The position numbers were made by a program, and so were the translations under genes. A DNA stretch of 64,000 nucleotides, taken from Amoebophrya sp. A120 (Eukaryota; Protista; Dinoflagellata). The stretch's first letter is position 1; each line of letters begins with the position of its first letter. The notes beneath the pieces are model-generated. The model was not told the DNA's origin and searched no databases. It worked only from the letters and a program-made list of their open reading frames with translations. This document shows positions 59,950 to 64,000 of the stretch, piece after piece. The DNA is taken from assembly GCA_905178155.1 (NCBI GenBank), contig CAJINV010000005.1:8893318-8957317 (forward strand), in the 5' to 3' direction.

Positions 59950-60714
59950 TAGTTCAACAAGAAGAAGCTCAAGAAACTTTTCTACTCACACAGAAACGAC
60001 TTCTTGTGATGTATGCAGGAGAGCTTCTCGAACTTCTTCTCGTTGAACTACTTCTCGACTTTCGAAAAGAGCCGACAGAAGCTACGAAGAGTTGCCTCCA
60101 CGTATCTTCCGTTCTTGCCGCGAAACCGTAAGGTTCTCTGTTAGTATTGATTTTTAGGTCGTTCAAGGAGGTAGAGTAAGAATTAGAAAGTACAGGTGAG
60201 CGCGCGTTCAAAAGTAATTTCAACATCAACATCTTTACTAGAACATCATTCTGATTCTCTGTACAATTCTAGATCACAGAACCTCGCGACGTAGAAAATT
60301 ATTGGCTCGCGAAACTGTACAAGCTCAGCATTTCTTTCCGTACTAGTAGTGCCATAATATTTTTTCTAGAAGATCTAGATCTCGGAGTCGGACCTCAAGT
60401 ACAACGTGGAAGCGCTTATTTCGCCGGAGCTGTACTTCTGTTGACACTTGTTCTACGAAGATTTCACTCTGCGAGCGGAACAACAGCAATCTTCCCCAGA
60501 AGTGTAAGTAGAGGAAAAATTTCGTTTGCGGTTTCATTGCTAGGAACAGACTGGGGGACTTACTGCAGCAAGAACTAGGCATGGTACGGAATAACAGCAG
60601 CTCCATCGTGTTTCGTGTTTTTGCTCTAAAAGGAATTGGAAAAGTAACGAATAAAGATCCTAAAGGAAGCTCATTTAGAGAATTGCACTACATAAAGCGG
60701 TAGACACTTGACAC

Positions 60715-61080
60715 ACATACAAAGGAGGTTGCTGGTCTCCGGTCCTCGGTCCTCACTCCATCACGAGGTAATATATGAGGAGATAAGAAGGTAGAAGCAC
60801 CAGACACATAAGAAGGAGGTTGTTGGTCTCCGGTCCTCGGTCCTCACTCCATCGCGAGGTAATATATGAGGAGATAAGAAGGTAGAAGCACCAGACACAT
60901 AAGAAGGAGGCTGCTGGTCTCCGGTCCTCGGTCCTCACTCCATCACGAGGCAATATATGAGGAGAGTAGAAGGTAGAAGCACCAGACACATAAGAAGGAG
61001 GTTGTTGGTCTCCGGTCCTCGGTCCTCACTCCGTCGCGAGGTAATAGATGCCGTAATAAGATAGAAGGCACAAGCACCAG
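60715..61080. repeat. 91-bp tandem repeat x4
   Basis: ggagg.tg.tggtctccggtcctcggtcctcactcc at 60724, 60815, 60906 and 60997. Confidence 0.93.
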
Positions 61081-64000
61081 GCGCATGCGCGGGGCGGAGC
61101 CTGCCGACCCGGGTGCGTTTCGCAGTGTTGCCAATGCTTTTCTTTGCCTTGGCGGCGCCTGCGTGTAATTCGCAGGCGGTGGGGCCGGGACGACTTTTGG
61201 CGCCCGCCCCCTTGGTGCGTTTCGCAGCGCGGCCCGTGAGTCGTTGCGGGCAAATCTGCGTGTAATTCGCAAGGGGGCAGGGGGCCGCCGCAGGCCGGGT
61301 GCGTGCGTTTCGCAGTGCTGCCGATGCTTTTGCCTTGGCGGCGCCTGCGTGTAATTCGCAGGCGGCAGGGCCGGGACGACTTTGGGCGCCCGCCCCCTTT
61401 GTCCGTTTCGCAGTACGGGCCGCGATGCGTCGCGGGCTGTATCTGCGTCCAGTTCGCTTGTGTTGTAAGATCTTTTTATTTTTTGAAGAAGAAGAAGAAG
61501 ATCCTCATCTTCAAAAAAAAAGATCGTCTTCTTCTTAGAAGAAAAAGATCTTTTTTTTTGAAGAAGAAGATCAAAAAAGATCGGCTTCTTCTAAGAAGGA
61601 GACGATCGGTTTTTTTGAAGAAGAAGAAGATTCTCTGCTTCTTCTTCTTCAAAAAGAGCTTCGTTTGGAAGGAGAAGATCTTCGTCGGGGGCGGTCCCCC
61701 CCGGATCGGTTTGCGGCCGCGCGCATGGCGCCTGCGTTTCGGCATGGCGGGCGCCCGCTCGTGGCGCCCCCCGCGCACCGCAACGCCCGCGCCCACTATC
61801 TGTTGGGCCCCCGGGCCGCGTTTTGTTTTGGGCCCGAGGGCCGTGCCGCGAAAGAATCTATCACGAAGCCCGGCAGCGCGCGCATTGTTGCTCCGCGCCT
61901 GCCCTGGCACTGCCGTTCCCGCGCTTGTGCGTTCCTCGCCTGCTCGGACGCTTTGGCTGCGGGCCTCGTGCCTCGCTTTTGTTTGTCGCCCCCCCCCCGA
62001 TCTATTTGCTTCTGCTGTTCTGCTCGTCATAAGTGATTGCGTTTCTCGTGACCCTGCGGCGCGTGGGTTTGTTGTTGCCTAGTGTCTCGTGGCCGATATG
62101 CCAGCGCTGTGCTGTGTACATGTTTGCGCATTATGTCACTAAAAGCTTCTACGTATTCTATTGGCGCGCCTTCGTATCTATTGTCGGGAAGCGTTTCCCG
62201 TGTGTATCTATCCCGAGGGCGATTGTTTTTCGTGTGCGGCCCTGTTTCGGCGTGTGGCGCCCGCCGTTCGCCACCCCAATGCGCGCCCCGCCCGCGCCCT
62301 CCCCCGCCGTCGTGTTTCCCCCGCCCCTGGTCCCTAGGTCCCGCGGCCATCGGGGGCGCGGGGCGCGTCTTCTTCGTTCCGCCTCGCCCTTGGCTCGTCG
62401 CTGTGGTCCCTAGGGCCCGCGACAGCCGACAGGGGGGGAGGTAGGGCGGCCGGTTTCCGGCACCGCCTGCCCCGCCCGCGGGCGGGGTTTGCGCATCTCT
62501 CCTTAGGACATAACTGCGACGTGCGGAGCGTTCGCGCTTCCCGTTTTGGCGGGTTATGCCTGTGCCCGTCGTCTTCGCGCCTCCCTGGCCCCGGTGGTTC
62601 GATGTGGTCCCTAGGGCCCGCGGCCATCGGGGGCGCGCGTTGCGTCTTCTTCGTTCCGCCTCGCCCTTGGCTCGTCGCTGTGGTCCCTAGGGCCCGCGAC
62701 AGCCGGCAGGGGGGGAGGCGGGGCGGCCGGTTTCCGGCACCGCCTGCCCCGCCCGCGGGCGGGGTTTGCGCATCTCCCCTTAGGACATAACTGCGACGTG
62801 CGGAGCGTTCGTGCTTCCCGCTTGGGCGGGTTATGCCTGTGCCCGTCGCTCGTCTTCGCGCCTCGGCCTTCCTTGAGCCCCGGCGCAGCGTTCGCGTTTT
62901 CTGCTTGGGTGGCCCCCCGGATCGGTTTGCGCCCGCGCGCCGGGCGCCTGCGTTTCGGCAGCTCGTGGCGCCCTCCCCCGCGCGGCGCGCCCGCGCCTGC
63001 AAAAAAGTAAGATCTTCTTCTTCTAAGAAAAAGCCGATCTGTTTTTTTGAATGAAGAAGACGCAGAAGATCTTTTGTTTGAAAAAGAAGCGTCGTCTTTT
63101 TCAAAAAAAAGATCTTCTTCGAGAAGTGATCCTCTTCAAAAAGATGAAGAGGGCGATCTTCTTCATTCTTCGTGAAGAAGATCTTTTTCTTCTTCAAGAA
63201 AAGAAGATCGCGTTCTTCTACGACGAAGATGATCTGTTTTTTCAAGACGACGAAGAAGATTTTTTTTTTTTTTGAAGAAGAAGAGTCTTCTTCTTCACAA
63301 AAAAGACCTTCTTCGAGAAGTGATCTTCTTCAAAAAGATGAAGAAGAGGATCTTCTTCGTTCTTCTTTTTTGAAGGAGAAACGCTTCGTCTTCGTGAAGA
63401 AGATCTTCTTCTTCGTGTTTGAACGAAGATAGAAGATCTTCTTCAAAAAGGTCCTCTCGCTGAAGAAGAGGAGCTTCTTCATTCTTCGTGAAAGAAAAAG
63501 CTCTTCTTCTTCGTGGAGAAGATCGTCTTTTTGGAGAAGATCTTCTTCCGCTCTTCCGCTCGTGAAAGTGTGGGGCGCGCTTGCTCTCCTGCTCTCCTGC
63601 GTCTTCTTCGTTCCGCCTCGCCCTTGGCTCGTCGCTGTGGTCCCTAGGGCCCGCGACAGTCGACGGGGGGGGGCGGGGCGGCCGGTTTCCGGCACCGCCT
63701 GCCCCGCCCGCGGGCGGGGTTTGCGCATCTCCCCTTAGGACATAACTGCGACGTGCGGAGTGTTCGTGCTTCCCGCTGGGGCGGGTTATGCCGGTGCCCG
63801 TCGTCTTCGTTCGCGCCTCGGCCTTCCTTGCCCCGGCGCAGCGTTCGCGTTTTCTGCTTGGGTGGCCCCCCGGATCGGTTTGCGCCCGCGCGCCGGGCGC
63901 CTGCGTTTCGGCAACTCGTGGCGCCCTCCCCCGCGCGGCGCGCCCGCGCCTGCTACCAGCGGGGCCCCCGGGCCGCGTTTTCTTTTGGGCCCGAGGCCCG
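61081..64000. repeat. Composite satellite: GC-rich duplicated blocks alternating with GAAGA/TCTTC low-complexity blocks
   Basis: The block cgtcttcttcgttccgcctcgccc...cttaggacataactgcgacgtgcggag occurs three times (~62366, ~62643, ~63600). gaagaagatcttcttc tracts at ~61470-61690 and ~63000-63550. Confidence 0.85.

Noticed and set aside
61303-63728. K/F/R-rich ORFs
   Set aside because: Low-complexity satellite translations

Overview
Eukaryotic, intron-rich genomic DNA (scaffold with three 100-N gaps), most consistent with a parasitic dinoflagellate-lineage alveolate such as Amoebophrya (Syndiniales). The taxon is inferred from the intron architecture and not proven. The dominant signal is about 50 short (mostly 84-460 bp) MITE-like elements with terminal inverted repeats (TIRs), nearly all starting and ending in TA and flanked by 5-bp direct repeats (DR/TSD). 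They fall into at least six TIR families (my labels: A TATCAAATGCAAAAATGTCTGGGTCTGGAA; B TATCCTGTGTAAAAACGTCCCCACCCCAGAG; C TATCAAAATGAAAAATCCCCCTCCCC; D TATCCTGTGCAAAAGTATCGTA; E TATGAAAGTGCACAA.TCCCC; F TATGCAAGAAAAAAA.TGTG) plus singletons. Most sit inside coding sequence. Removing the element plus one DR copy restores the reading frame at all 18 such junctions in four fully reconstructable genes, so they behave as non-GT-AG introner introns. All reconstructed genes are on the minus strand: a CMGC/MAPK-like kinase (~910 aa), a ZIP metal transporter (~627 aa), a TFIIF-beta-like protein (~249 aa), a KH-domain protein (~1715 aa), a VPS13 VAB-like fragment and several hypothetical proteins. The most unusual structure is in the kinase. 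Its splice acceptor plus catalytic-loop exon start (VLHRDIKRENIF) occurs five times, separated by four unrelated 0.6-1.6 kb inserts, and only the most distal copy continues the kinase. Other points are orientation-independent introners, a GCAT(G/T/C)ACA motif shared by all families and by GT-AG introns, nested and cargo-carrying elements, and several hairpin-rich minisatellites. All coordinates and joins were counted by hand, with no database searches.
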